From: Candidatus Xenobia bacterium
GTDB lineage: Bacteria > Vulcanimicrobiota > Xenobia > Xenobiales > QWHO01
Direction of reading: 5' to 3'
NCBI GenBank assembly: GCA_045863235.1
Contig: BTUM01000027.1
Span: forward strand, 1-64,000
DNA: 64,000 nucleotides
Shown here: positions 20,902-31,341 of the stretch, in pieces
Layout of the letters: every line of letters begins with the position of its first letter
How positions within the stretch are numbered: the stretch's first letter is position 1
The notes under the pieces: generated by a model
Told to the model about the DNA's origin: nothing
The model's input: only the letters and a program-made list of their open reading frames with translations
The model's database searches: none
Program-made: the position numbers and the translations under genes

Positions 20902-22584
20902 ATGAAAAAGCATGCCTGGTGCGCCGCCGCGCTCTTCGCCTCCCTGACCTTCGGATGCGGCGGCGATTCTGCCGCCACCAACACAGGCGGCAACGACGTC
21001 CCCGATCCACTCCCCCTCGGCGGCAGCTTCCGACTCGACCTGGGAGCCTTCGGGCCAGGGAACGTCGCCGATCTGCTCTTTTTCACCACGCCCGCGAATG
21101 GCAACGCCAGCTTGCAGGTCAATCTCGACAACCAGAACCGCGAGCCGGTCTCGACTCGCACCGGGGAAGAGACCTGCAACGACTCGGGTGGGGAAGGGGA
21201 AGAGGTGGCCTCCAAAGACCTGCCGCCCGATGTGTGCGCGGCCGAGCGCAGCGAAATCGCGCGTGCCATCAAACAGCGGGCCAATGGCGGCGGCGCGGGC
21301 GTGCAGCCCCGCTTCGAGCAAGTGGCCCAGGGTAGCGACATCACCTTCTTCGTGGTGGGCCCGGGCAACCTGAACTGCCGCAAGATCCTGGACGAGACTC
21401 AGACCACGAACTGCGTGATCTTCGCCGAGGTCCGCAACGGGCAGCCGGTGCTCAGCACCGAGCGCGCCCTGGCCATCGCCCAGGCCTGGGACACAAACAA
21501 CCCGGCCCGCCCCGGCGCGGGCATCTATGCTCAGGTCCGGGCCGCGTTCGGCTCGGAGTGGACCACCAACGGGGGGCGTGACGGCGACAGCAAGATCGTC
21601 CTGGTCTTCTGCAGCGGAGCCAGCATCGGCTCGAGCCTGTTCGGTTTCTTCCGTCCGTCCGACGAGTTCAGCAAGGCCGAGATCGGCACCTCGAACGAGG
21701 GCGAGATCCTCTACCTGAATGCTGACAAGTCCGATTTCGACACGCTGGCCACCATGGCCCATGAGTTCCAGCACATGGTCCGCTTCAATCAAAAGCTCAT
21801 CCAGCAGGGCACGTTCGCCGGCACAGCTGAGAACGATACGATCGATGAGGGTGCCTCGATGAACGCCGAGGAGCTTTGCGGCTACAGCCTCGATGCGGCC
21901 GGCGGCGGGAACCGGTTCATGTTCCAGGGTTGCCAGTCCTACCTCGAGCAAGCGGCTGACAGCAATCTCTTCGATGGATTCAACGGCGCCCTCCGGTTCT
22001 ATGGCGGCGGCTACCTGCTGGTCAAATACTTCCGCGAGCAGTTTGGCCAGACTGCCTTTGTCACTTTCAATACCAACACCGGCATCGGCTTCAGCAACAT
22101 GGCCTCGGTGGCCGGGCTGAGCCAGGCCGAGCTGTTCCGCCGCTTCTCGTTGGCCCTGCTGACCTCGGGGTTCACCGGCTCGGTCCCGCCCGAAGGCCGC
22201 TTCCCCTCGGGCTTCAGCACGCAGGGCTCCTTTAACATCAACGAGCTAGGAGCCGTTTCACTGCCCGGTCTCCAACCCTCCACGGTGCTCAACCCCCCGT
22301 CCAGTCCGAGCAATCTCACGGTTGTTGCCTTTGCGCCCACGCTGGTGAGACTCCAGGGCGGCTCGGGGCAGAACCTGGTGGTGGAGGGCACGACCACCGG
22401 CGAAGGCACCCTGCAGGCTGTCACCGAGAGCACGGTCGGCGTGGTGGCCTCGACGGCGGCCCAGACCCTGGGCGCTCAGGCCCGCGCCGAGGACCAGCAT
22501 GCGACGACCCAGGAGTCGGTGGTGCACAAGGTGACCCCGCCCGAGAACGTTCCCCAGCTAGACGTCATCTGGCTGGCCGACTGA
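20902..22584 (+). CDS. Lipoprotein zinc metallopeptidase (gluzincin, M30-like)
   Basis: AAGGAG RBS; lipobox TFGC; AHEFQH followed by IDEG; GRDGDSKIVLVF and SNEGEILYLN segments. Confidence 0.78.
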   Translation: MKKHAWCAAALFASLTFGCGGDSAATNTGGNDVPDPLPLGGSFRLDLGAFGPGNVADLLFFTTPANGNASLQVNLDNQNREPVSTRTGEETCNDSGGEGEEVASKDLPPDVCAAERSEIARAIKQRANGGGAGVQPRFEQVAQGSDITFFVVGPGNLNCRKILDETQTTNCVIFAEVRNGQPVLSTERALAIAQAWDTNNPARPGAGIYAQVRAAFGSEWTTNGGRDGDSKIVLVFCSGASIGSSLFGFFRPSDEFSKAEIGTSNEGEILYLNADKSDFDTLATMAHEFQHMVRFNQKLIQQGTFAGTAENDTIDEGASMNAEELCGYSLDAAGGGNRFMFQGCQSYLEQAADSNLFDGFNGALRFYGGGYLLVKYFREQFGQTAFVTFNTNTGIGFSNMASVAGLSQAELFRRFSLALLTSGFTGSVPPEGRFPSGFSTQGSFNINELGAVSLPGLQPSTVLNPPSSPSNLTVVAFAPTLVRLQGGSGQNLVVEGTTTGEGTLQAVTESTVGVVASTAAQTLGAQARAEDQHATTQESVVHKVTPPENVPQLDVIWLAD

Positions 22585-22621
22585 GCCACTCGCTCCCCGC
22601 CGCACCTTCTCGTAAGAGAGG

Positions 22622-25600
22622 TCAGCGCACCACCAGTCGGTCCGAGCCGCTGCGCCCGAAGGTCTCGGGGTTGTACATCTCCTCGGCCTTGGAGGGCGGC
22701 ACCACGTAGCTCCCGGGCGTGGTGGCCCGGGCCACGTAGGTGTAGTCGTAGACCCCTTCCCAGAGCATCGAGGTGAAGGCTTCCACCCGCTCGTCGCGCA
22801 TGTTCTGGTGCTCGTACCAGGTGCCCATCCAGTACCAGTAGGGCCCGATGGCATCGCGCTGCTTCGGATCCTGAGGCACGGTGCCGGTCACCTTGAGAGC
22901 CGGGTTCAGAGGCTCGAGCCCGGCCGGCAGCGGGTCCACCAGGGCCACATGGTAGCGTCGGTTGGGTGCCACCATCGTCAGGCGCACCCGCACCCGGGCG
23001 CCGGCCTTGACGGTCCACACCCCTTCGGCATCTTGAGCCACGTCGCCCTTGTCGTCCACGGCCTCGTAGCGGCGCTGCACGGTGAAGCCGTGGTCGGCCG
23101 GCTCGAGCTTGAGGTCCTTCGGCGCATAGCGCATCCCGATGCGATAGTAGAGGCGGCCGGGACCCTCCTTGCTGAGCACCAGGTCCTGCTTGCCCTTGCC
23201 TGCCAGCCAGCTCATGGGGACCTCCAGGCCTTTGCGGTCGGGGCTGCGGCCCCGAAAGCGCTGCTCGCCGGCGTACTGCTTGCCCAGCCAGACCCGGGCC
23301 ACGAAGTCGGGCGTGACCTTCTCGTAGGTGTTGAAGTAGCGGTCCATGGCCAGCAGCACGAAGACGTTCTCCTGGGTGTTGAGCCAGCGCCCTTTGGTGC
23401 GGTGGCCCAGCAAGCCCCGCACCAGCTTGGGGATCAGGTCGCTTTTGGGTGAATCCAGGATCAGCGCTTCCAGCAAGATGGCGTCCACCCGACGATCCGA
23501 GTAGAGCAACAGGTGCGGGCCGCTCTCGCCGTAGTCCTGGACGAAGTTGGCCGCCTCGGCCGTCTCAGTGACCCGGTTGTCAAGGTGACGCCGGATAGCG
23601 GCCGCCTCGGGCTCCTTGCTCAGAATGGGCAGGATGAAGCCCAGCGCCTCCAGCGAGAGCTTGTCCACCCCCGCCTCGGCCACCAGCTTCTTGGCCCGGC
23701 TCACGTCCTTGTCGCCGTTGAGGAAACGAACCCAGAGAGCGTAGGCGATGATGGTGCGCCGGCAATCCAGGCCATACCAGTGATGGATGTGGTTCTCCAC
23801 GTCCCGCACGTAGGCCAGGCTACGCTCGAGCATATCACCGGGAATGGCATGCCCCTTCAGTTTGGCCCGCACCAGGGTGTGGGCTACGTGCACACTGAGG
23901 TAGGGCCAGTCTTCCTCGTCGGCACGCCAGAAGCCAAAGCCCCCGTCGGGGCGCTGCATGCCGCGCAGACGCTCGAGATCGAGCTGCACCGACTTCTTGA
24001 CCGCCTCCGGATCAGGCATCTCTTCGCTGCGGAAGGCGGCGAGCACGTCCTGCAGGGCCACGATTCCAAGCACGCGCGAGGAGACCTGCTCGGCGCAACC
24101 GTAGGAATAGGTAACCAGGTAGATCATGGCATCGGTCAGCTCGGCCAGGGCGGTCGAGGTGGTGGTCAACTCCAGGCCTCCGAACTGCTTCCAGACCTCG
24201 CCGGGCGCCTGCACCGGCTGGGCCGTGGCCCCCTCGTCGAGCTGGCCATAGGTAGCGAAGGCCTCGGTGGTGGCCGGCGTCCAGACGGGGAAGCTGAACT
24301 CGCTGGCATCGGAGTTCTTTCCGCTGAAAGCGCCTACCTGGAACGAGGCGGTGCCGGCCGAGTCGGTGCTGACCGGAAAGCGCACCTCGGCCCGGTCGTT
24401 GGCCCTGACCTGGAAGGTCCGGCCCTGGCCCTCGGCCAGGACAGCGTTCTGGGCCCGCACGACCACCTGCACCTCGAGCGGCTGGTCGGTCTGGTTCTGC
24501 ACCACCACCGGCAGCTCGGCCCGGTCGCCGAAGTTCAGGAAGCGCGGAGGCGAGGGGCGCACCATGAGGGGCAGCCGGGCCACCACGCTGGACTCACCTT
24601 TGCCGAACTGGTTGGCACCGGCCACGGCCACGGCCACGATGCGGTAGCGAGTGAGGTTGTCGGGCAGCTTGACGCTGACCCGGGCGGTGCCATCGGCCTT
24701 CGTCCTGACTCGGGGCGCAAACAGCGCCAGGGCTGAAAAGTTCGTGCGCATCTTGACGGGAGGCTGCTGGCTGGCCCCGCCTCCGCCGGCCTCGAGCTTG
24801 GCGCGGCGAGCCACCGGGGCCTTACCCATCTCCTCTTCGGGAGCGGGAGCGGCAGCCGCGCTGGGCATGGGAGCAGCGGCATCCATGACGGCCCCTTCCG
24901 CGTAGCCATTCGCAGTGCGTTGCTCGGCTTGCTCGGAGAGCGAGGCCAGGTCGACCAGCAACACATACTGACGACTGTGCCAGTCGCTCACTCCGGAATC
25001 GCGCTGGGCATAGAACAGGTCCAGCGGATTGGCGATCTGGTACCCGGTGAGAGCCAGCACCGCCTCGTCCACCATCACCAGGGCCACCTCGCTGTCGGGC
25101 ACGTTCTGGCCTTTGGCGTCGGTCACCCGCACGTCCACGTGGGTCTCGGCCCCCGGCTCGAGCCCCTTCTGAGCCGGCAGCACCTCTACCTTGAGCGTGC
25201 GCTCACGGGGCGGCACCGACAAGTTGAGCATACCGGTGGCGTAGGCGGGCCGCTCGGATTTGCCGGAAGCATCGTCCTCGCGCTTGTTCCTGCCCACCAG
25301 GTCAACCTGGGCATACAAATTGGGAATGTGGGCCGACTCCAGGGTCACCTTGAGCACTGTGGAAGGCCCGGTCAGGCTGAAGCGGCGCGTCTCGAGCAGG
25401 CCCGAGCGGCGCAGGGTGAGCACCCCCTCGGCCGGATAGAAGGGCGCCTGCACCAGGATCTGGGCCGTCTCGCCCGGCTGGTAGTCTTTGCGGTCGGGAA
25501 TCAGCACCACTTTCTCCTGGGCCACCCCGCGCTCGGGTACCTGCTTGCCGCCCGGCACCCAGACCGTGAGCTGGCTCTCGTTGGGCCGGTCCTTCTCATC

Positions 25601-28600
25601 GTAAGTACGCACGGTGATCTGGTAGGTGCCCCCGGCCGGCGTCTTGAGGCTGAAATGGGAAGGAGTATCGCCTTTGGAGGCCTCGTCGAAGCTCTGGCGG
25701 TCGGCGTAGACCGTCTGGTAGCGGCCCTTGCGATACTCGTAATCGATGCGGGCCGAGCGCAGCTCGATGGGCCTGCCGGCCAGGGCCTTGCCGGCGGTGT
25801 CGCAGACCAGCACGTCCAACTCGATGGGTTTGCCCTGCTCGACGAAGGTACTGGCTGTCTTGAGCCCCACGTAGGCGTCGGAGGGATGCACCAGGACGCT
25901 GGTGGAGGCGTTCCAGGCCTGCCGGTTGACGTCTTGCACACTGGCTTCGGCCTGCACCACCATGGGCCGGGGCGGCTCCACGCTCGCAAAATCCAGCTTG
26001 AGGCGGTGCACGCCACTCGAATCGGTGCGCCCCTCGAAGGTCTGGGTGGCGTCGGCGGTGGGGCGCACGTAGAAGTCCATGTCCCACCAGGGGGTCCAGG
26101 TGCCGAAGGTGTATTCGTCGCGTCCGGGGGGCTGGAAGGAGCCCTGGGAGGCGCTCACGGCCCAGTCGACCTGGGCGTTGGGCAGGCCGCCCCCGGCGTA
26201 GTAGCTGGCCCTGACCGTGGCCAGAGCGCTCTGACCGATGGAGGAGGTCTCGGGCTCGGCGCTGGCGCTGACCTCGAACTCGGGCCGGCGGAACTCCTGC
26301 ACCTCGAAGGTGTGAGCCGTGCTGCCTCCGGGCGCCAGGCCGGTGGAGAGGTCCAACCGCGAGGTGCCCAGGTTCATGGTCCGGGGAAGCTTCAGCTTGA
26401 GGTCGAAGCCGCCCAGCGGGCTGACCGGGGTCTGGCCCTTCTTGACCTCATTGCCGCGCGAGTCATAGAGGGTCCAGTAAACCTGGGCCTCCCCGCCGGG
26501 GCCGACGGCGGCGATGTCGCCCTTCGGGCCGGCCTGCCAGCGCCGCATCCAGCCTTTGACGAGCACCTCCTCGTCGGGTCGATACATCTTGCGGTCGTCG
26601 AACACGAACCAGCTGAGCCGGTCGTTCTCGGCCATTCTCGACCAACCCGAGCGGTCCCAGGCGTAGACGTTGCGAGGCAGGAACGTGGCGTCCTGGCCCG
26701 AGCGGGCCACCAGGATCTCGCAGCTGTGCGATGGCAGCTCCAGCTTCAGGCTGCCATCGGCGGCGGTGCGGCCGCGGGGGCCACCCAGAAGGCTGACCTC
26801 GGCCTCGCTTACGGGCGAGCCGTCGGCCAGCTTGCTCACGTAGGCCACCAGCGAAGTGGCGTCGTTGGCGGCGTCCAGGCCCAGGTCGGTGACCTGCACC
26901 CAGGTGATGACGCGCTGGGGATACTTCTCCTTGGTTACGGGCTCCACCACGACGATGGCCATGCCCTTGCCAGCCTTGAGAGCCGGCTCCAGAGCCACCT
27001 TGACCTCGGTCAGCTCGTCAGGCTGCACTCCGGTATCCTGGGTGATGTCCACCACCTTCTCGCCGGGGGCCTGGAAGGGACGATCGTAGCTCTGGTCAGT
27101 GAGAGCCTTGAGAAAGTCCGGCCACTGCTCGGGCCCCACGGCGTAAACCTTGACCTTCAGTTTCTGATAGTTGATCAGGTAGAGGGGGAAACCCGGCTTG
27201 TCCTTGGCCTGCAGGGTCACCAGTTGGCCCCCGGGAGCCATGATCTGGGGCTGGGCCGAGCCCACCTTGAAAGTGAGCGACTCGCTCTCGCCGAGCGTCT
27301 GGCCGAAAGTGTCCGGCAGGGAGCCGTCCAGGCGCACGGTGTAGGTCGTGCGGCCTTTGGTCTGGCCTCGCACCCAGAGCACCGAGCCGTTGGCCTCCAC
27401 CTTGAGGCCGGGGAGCTTCGGCTCGACCTTCACCATGGTCTCGGGGTCGAACTTCTCCTCGTCGATCGGGTTGTTGAAACGAATGTAGAAGGGCTGGAGC
27501 GGGCGGCAATCATCCCCCCAGCCGCAGCGGGACTCCTCCACCTCGAGCTTGTCGTAGGTGCGGAAGGAGTAGTTCTGAGCGGCCTCAGTGCGCAGCGGCC
27601 CCTCCGCCGAGGGGGTACCAGGGCCGACGCTGACCGTGTAGCCGGTGGCCGGCTTGAGGGGTGCCGTGGCCTTGAAGACCACCCAGCGCCTCTTCTCCTC
27701 CTCGGAGATCCCCAGGTTGGCGGCTTTGACCTCCTCCTCCGTGGCCAGTCGCACCGAGATGTCGTTGGAAACCTTGACCGTGGCGATCACCTTGGAGGGA
27801 ACCACGTCCTGGTTGAAGCGCAGCCAGAAGAGCGGCTCCAGGGGATGGGGTCCATCGTTGGGCGCAGTGCCCGCCAGGGTGGGCGGCGGGGTCTTGAAGG
27901 TCCAGCGCTCGACGGCGGCCAGCTTGTTGCCGGTGGCCGAGGCGGTGCCGGCCGGCACCTCCACGGTGTACTCCGTGGCCATGGGGAAACGGTGCAACTC
28001 GTGACCCTCGCTCACCAGCCCGCGCGGCTCGAACAACAGGGTCTTGCTACCCACCCAGCGCCAGTTGCCGTCGACCTCGGGGGCCAGGCGCACGGGTATG
28101 CCTTTGGCCAGGGTGTCGGCGTGGGAGGTAACCGCCACCATGGGCTGGGAGAAGGTGACCGAGAGCTGGGGAACCTGCTCCACAGCGCCTTCGGGCGCGT
28201 GGCGCAGCACCTTGAGGGGCCCCGACTCGACCTCCGGCGCCTTCTCCGGGGGCACGGGCGGAGGGAAGGGCTGCTTCTCCACCTTGCCGGCCCGCGGGGC
28301 GGGCAGGGAGCTCTCGCGCAGAGCAAACTCCTGTTTCAGGCCAGGGATCTTCTTTTGAGCCGGCAAGCGGGCGAGCAGCTTCTTGACCTCGGCCTCGCTC
28401 AGGGGTTTTGATTCGGTAGGAGGAGCGGGCGTGCCCCCTCCTCCGGGGGTACCCTCGGACAGGCTGAAAACCAGGCCTTTGGCGGGAGATGCCGTGCTCT
28501 CCGGGGTCTCGGCCGAGCGGGGCCCGCGCGAGCGGGGTCCGGGCGTGCCAGGGCCGGGGGAGCAGCCCCAGACCACCAGTGCGGCCAGGATGCAGAACGA

Positions 28601-28621
28601 GATCAGTCGTGCCCAGCGCAT
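22622..28621 (-). CDS. Bacterial alpha-2-macroglobulin lipoprotein with Ig-like repeats
   Basis: Lipobox VWGC; DRKMYRP, EFRRPEF and LPDNLTRYR MG-domain motifs; thioester motif YGCAEQ; C-terminal AEEMYNPETFGRS. Confidence 0.95.
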   Translation of the reverse strand: MRWARLISFCILAALVVWGCSPGPGTPGPRSRGPRSAETPESTASPAKGLVFSLSEGTPGGGGTPAPPTESKPLSEAEVKKLLARLPAQKKIPGLKQEFALRESSLPAPRAGKVEKQPFPPPVPPEKAPEVESGPLKVLRHAPEGAVEQVPQLSVTFSQPMVAVTSHADTLAKGIPVRLAPEVDGNWRWVGSKTLLFEPRGLVSEGHELHRFPMATEYTVEVPAGTASATGNKLAAVERWTFKTPPPTLAGTAPNDGPHPLEPLFWLRFNQDVVPSKVIATVKVSNDISVRLATEEEVKAANLGISEEEKRRWVVFKATAPLKPATGYTVSVGPGTPSAEGPLRTEAAQNYSFRTYDKLEVEESRCGWGDDCRPLQPFYIRFNNPIDEEKFDPETMVKVEPKLPGLKVEANGSVLWVRGQTKGRTTYTVRLDGSLPDTFGQTLGESESLTFKVGSAQPQIMAPGGQLVTLQAKDKPGFPLYLINYQKLKVKVYAVGPEQWPDFLKALTDQSYDRPFQAPGEKVVDITQDTGVQPDELTEVKVALEPALKAGKGMAIVVVEPVTKEKYPQRVITWVQVTDLGLDAANDATSLVAYVSKLADGSPVSEAEVSLLGGPRGRTAADGSLKLELPSHSCEILVARSGQDATFLPRNVYAWDRSGWSRMAENDRLSWFVFDDRKMYRPDEEVLVKGWMRRWQAGPKGDIAAVGPGGEAQVYWTLYDSRGNEVKKGQTPVSPLGGFDLKLKLPRTMNLGTSRLDLSTGLAPGGSTAHTFEVQEFRRPEFEVSASAEPETSSIGQSALATVRASYYAGGGLPNAQVDWAVSASQGSFQPPGRDEYTFGTWTPWWDMDFYVRPTADATQTFEGRTDSSGVHRLKLDFASVEPPRPMVVQAEASVQDVNRQAWNASTSVLVHPSDAYVGLKTASTFVEQGKPIELDVLVCDTAGKALAGRPIELRSARIDYEYRKGRYQTVYADRQSFDEASKGDTPSHFSLKTPAGGTYQITVRTYDEKDRPNESQLTVWVPGGKQVPERGVAQEKVVLIPDRKDYQPGETAQILVQAPFYPAEGVLTLRRSGLLETRRFSLTGPSTVLKVTLESAHIPNLYAQVDLVGRNKREDDASGKSERPAYATGMLNLSVPPRERTLKVEVLPAQKGLEPGAETHVDVRVTDAKGQNVPDSEVALVMVDEAVLALTGYQIANPLDLFYAQRDSGVSDWHSRQYVLLVDLASLSEQAEQRTANGYAEGAVMDAAAPMPSAAAAPAPEEEMGKAPVARRAKLEAGGGGASQQPPVKMRTNFSALALFAPRVRTKADGTARVSVKLPDNLTRYRIVAVAVAGANQFGKGESSVVARLPLMVRPSPPRFLNFGDRAELPVVVQNQTDQPLEVQVVVRAQNAVLAEGQGRTFQVRANDRAEVRFPVSTDSAGTASFQVGAFSGKNSDASEFSFPVWTPATTEAFATYGQLDEGATAQPVQAPGEVWKQFGGLELTTTSTALAELTDAMIYLVTYSYGCAEQVSSRVLGIVALQDVLAAFRSEEMPDPEAVKKSVQLDLERLRGMQRPDGGFGFWRADEEDWPYLSVHVAHTLVRAKLKGHAIPGDMLERSLAYVRDVENHIHHWYGLDCRRTIIAYALWVRFLNGDKDVSRAKKLVAEAGVDKLSLEALGFILPILSKEPEAAAIRRHLDNRVTETAEAANFVQDYGESGPHLLLYSDRRVDAILLEALILDSPKSDLIPKLVRGLLGHRTKGRWLNTQENVFVLLAMDRYFNTYEKVTPDFVARVWLGKQYAGEQRFRGRSPDRKGLEVPMSWLAGKGKQDLVLSKEGPGRLYYRIGMRYAPKDLKLEPADHGFTVQRRYEAVDDKGDVAQDAEGVWTVKAGARVRVRLTMVAPNRRYHVALVDPLPAGLEPLNPALKVTGTVPQDPKQRDAIGPYWYWMGTWYEHQNMRDERVEAFTSMLWEGVYDYTYVARATTPGSYVVPPSKAEEMYNPETFGRSGSDRLVVR

Positions 28622-28668
28622 GCTTTGAGCCCCTCCAGTCCCGCGTTTGGTCGGCGAGCGGGGCCGCC

Positions 28669-29148
28669 TTATTCCTTCCGGGTCTTCTCGACCAGGAAGT
28701 TCTGCAGGTTCTGGATCAGGTAGGCCACGCCCTCCGAGCCGCGTCCGATGGACACCTGGATGTGATCCATGCGGCTCAGGGTGGCGTCGGGGAAGACCAT
28801 CTGCCCCTCCAGAGTGCGAGCCGCCTCGCGAAAGCTCTCCATCGAATCGCGCAAAGGTGCCAGAAAGCCACCCAGCACACCGGCCTGGGTCTCCTCCAGG
28901 TTCATCATGGAGAGCACGTTGCCGGTCTGGTCCACGTGGCGGATCATCGTGTCGAGGGCCTGGTCGAGCCGACCGAGCACCTGGCGCACCTCATCCGGGC
29001 TGATGCCCCGCTCGCGCTGGGATCTCTGAATGGCGTACAGTTGCGGCATGAAGCCCCGCTGCTCGGCCACCAGGCCGAGATGAAACTGGCAGCGAGTGCA
29101 GGAAGGGCCCGGGCCCTGATTGTCCAGGCCACACTTGAGACAGAGCAT
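28669..29148 (-). CDS. Zinc-ribbon + helical bundle hypothetical protein
   Basis: Starts MLCLKC...CTRC followed by amphipathic helices; start moved to ATG 29148. Confidence 0.7.
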   Translation of the reverse strand: MLCLKCGLDNQGPGPSCTRCQFHLGLVAEQRGFMPQLYAIQRSQRERGISPDEVRQVLGRLDQALDTMIRHVDQTGNVLSMMNLEETQAGVLGGFLAPLRDSMESFREAARTLEGQMVFPDATLSRMDHIQVSIGRGSEGVAYLIQNLQNFLVEKTRKE

Positions 29149-29348
29149 AGGGCGGGGCTCTTCGGGGTCCTCCCCGCGCTTGCCTTCAGGTTTGCTGCAA
29201 CAGCCCCGAACTCCAGGACGACTCGGGAAGAGAGCGCCGAGTTCTTTCATCGCCGAGGTCTTCAGCGGGGATCGCTCTCCTCGCGAGGAAGACTCACAGC
29301 CATGGCGGCGGGATGGGAGTCAGAGACGAGGTTGGGGAGCGTGCCCGC

Positions 29349-30662
29349 GTGAAGTGGACCCTTTATCCCGATCTCGCGGTCCGCTGGCTTGAAGCCAGCG
29401 ATCCGGCTCCGTACTGGGACCTCGAGACCGGACGTCCTTTCGGACTGCTGCGCCGCCCGGTCGAGAGCCCAGGTGAGGTGCTGCTGGTCGCAAAGACCCT
29501 TTTCGAGCCGCGCGAGGACAGGAGCTGGGAGTCGGCCTCAGGGCGCGTCTTGCCGGCTGTTCCCGAGGGCTACGAGCTCTTCCGCCTGGGCCCGGACGGG
29601 GCGCACGCTCTCCTGACGGGCCCGCTGGAAGGGGTGGACATAGGCACCGAGATGCCGCCCCAGGTGACCGTGCTCCTGGAAAAGATGGGCTATCGGGGCC
29701 TGTGGCTGTTTCACTTTGACGAGAACGGCTGGACCAGGCTGAGCGGGACGCCGTTCCCTCAGTCGGACGAAGCGCCCGCGGCCCGCTGGGTGCCCGACCA
29801 TCGCGCCGTCCAAATCGAGGGCGCCTGGGCCTACCGATTCCGGCCCGAACACTGCCGGCTGTGGTTCCCCTCGACGGGCCGAACGTTCTCTACGGGACCA
29901 TCCGGGTCGAAGCCGATCGCCGAGGAACTCTGGGCTTTCGGCGACGAGCGCGGACACCTCTGTGTCTGCGGCCCCACCAGCGAGTCGAGAAAGATCGGCG
30001 AGGGGAACCTGGACGAGTTGCGCCAACTGGCCCACTGTCCCGGCTACTTCTTTACCGGAGGGGAGCAGGCGTGCATCTGGGACCTCGAGCTGAAGGTCCG
30101 GGCCCGGCTGAAGACGGGGCTGGTTTGGGACCTCTGCGCCGCGGGGGATCGCCTGCTGGTTCGCACCCAGACCGGGGCCAGCCTCTGGTCGGTGCCTCAG
30201 GGCAAGCGGCTGCTGGACAAGCCGATCACCGATCCGGATGATACCCGGTTCGAGCCTTGCATCTTCAGCAGCCACGCCGGGGACTGGTTCCTGCTCGCGC
30301 GCTTCAGCATGATGTCGCGTGAAGTCTGGTGCTGGGCCATCCACGGCCAGACGCTGGAGCAGCGAAGCCTGACCCTCCCAACCGGGGTCTGCCGGGGGGC
30401 CGCCAGACTCCTGCCCGACGGCAAACTCCTGTTCCTGACCGATGACGGCCGTTGGCATCTCCACGCCGGGCCGAAGTGGGAGCTGTGCGCGCGGCTCGAG
30501 ACAAGGCCCTCCGGAGGCTGGGTGGTCTCCACGCCGGGGGGCAAGTACGACGCGGCCGACGGCGAGACAGCCGGCGGCAAGCACCACGTGCCCGGTCTGT
30601 GGCAGTCTCTGTGGTGCTCGAGCCCCTCACCGACCCGCAAGCGTCGCTGGGGGATCTTCTAG
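29349..30662 (+). CDS. Hypothetical Trp-rich protein, possibly beta-propeller (WD40-like)
   Basis: Long ORF with IWD/VWD/LWS strands and tail GWVVSTPGGKYD; GGGGAG RBS before GTG 29349. Confidence 0.6.
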   Translation: MKWTLYPDLAVRWLEASDPAPYWDLETGRPFGLLRRPVESPGEVLLVAKTLFEPREDRSWESASGRVLPAVPEGYELFRLGPDGAHALLTGPLEGVDIGTEMPPQVTVLLEKMGYRGLWLFHFDENGWTRLSGTPFPQSDEAPAARWVPDHRAVQIEGAWAYRFRPEHCRLWFPSTGRTFSTGPSGSKPIAEELWAFGDERGHLCVCGPTSESRKIGEGNLDELRQLAHCPGYFFTGGEQACIWDLELKVRARLKTGLVWDLCAAGDRLLVRTQTGASLWSVPQGKRLLDKPITDPDDTRFEPCIFSSHAGDWFLLARFSMMSREVWCWAIHGQTLEQRSLTLPTGVCRGAARLLPDGKLLFLTDDGRWHLHAGPKWELCARLETRPSGGWVVSTPGGKYDAADGETAGGKHHVPGLWQSLWCSSPSPTRKRRWGIF

Positions 30663-30918
30663 AGAGGCCCGTGCCGATCCATAAATTGCGGGCGGTAGGC
30701 GGGGCCAGGTCGGACTTCCAGATTCAACAGAGCAGCGTCGGGAACTTAGCTCGAAGTTAACGCACAGGCAAAGCCTGGAACCATTCATCCGGGCAAGATG
30801 GGCCCGTGATCGAGCGCACGAAACTCAACGCCATGCGGAGCATGTTGGCGTGCTCAAGTCGATGCGGCACGTACCAGGTTTGGACGAGGCTCGCACCAGA
30901 AGTCGGTCGGCAGCGGAC

Positions 30919-31341
30919 ATGAGAACGCTCATCCTGCTGCTGGCTCTGAGCTGCCTGGCGGTGGCCGCCGGGCCCGGGGAATGGCGCGCGAAGGGCAAGC
31001 TCACGGGCGTTCCGGCCGAGGCCAGGCCGGTCGCTTTCTCCCTGAACGGCAAGCTGCTCCACTGCCGTGGGCAGATCTTTGGCTACGTCGGCATGGGCGA
31101 GGCCCGCGGAGTACGGCTCAAGCTCCGGCTAAAGAACGTTTCCCGTCAGAAGGTTCGCTACGCTCTGCACGGGGCTGTTCTCGACAAGCGGGGCGAGTTG
31201 CTGGGCGCGGACGGCGTCCAGGAGATCGTCGGTCTGGAGCCGGGCAAGGACGCCCTCGTGCAGTTCGACCTCGCCATCCCTCGCGCCGAGCAAAAGCGCG
31301 TTGCCGCCTACCAGGCGGTCTTGTTCGAACGAACCCCATGA
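30919..31341 (+). CDS. Secreted small beta-sandwich protein (FxLYD-like), paralog A
   Basis: Signal peptide MRTLILLLALSCLAVAA; LKNVS...LDKRGELLGA...LEPGK. Confidence 0.7.
   Translation: MRTLILLLALSCLAVAAGPGEWRAKGKLTGVPAEARPVAFSLNGKLLHCRGQIFGYVGMGEARGVRLKLRLKNVSRQKVRYALHGAVLDKRGELLGADGVQEIVGLEPGKDALVQFDLAIPRAEQKRVAAYQAVLFERTP

Noticed and set aside
24920..28411. 1163-aa plus-strand ORF
   Set aside because: Antisense shadow of the alpha-2-macroglobulin gene, common in high-GC DNA
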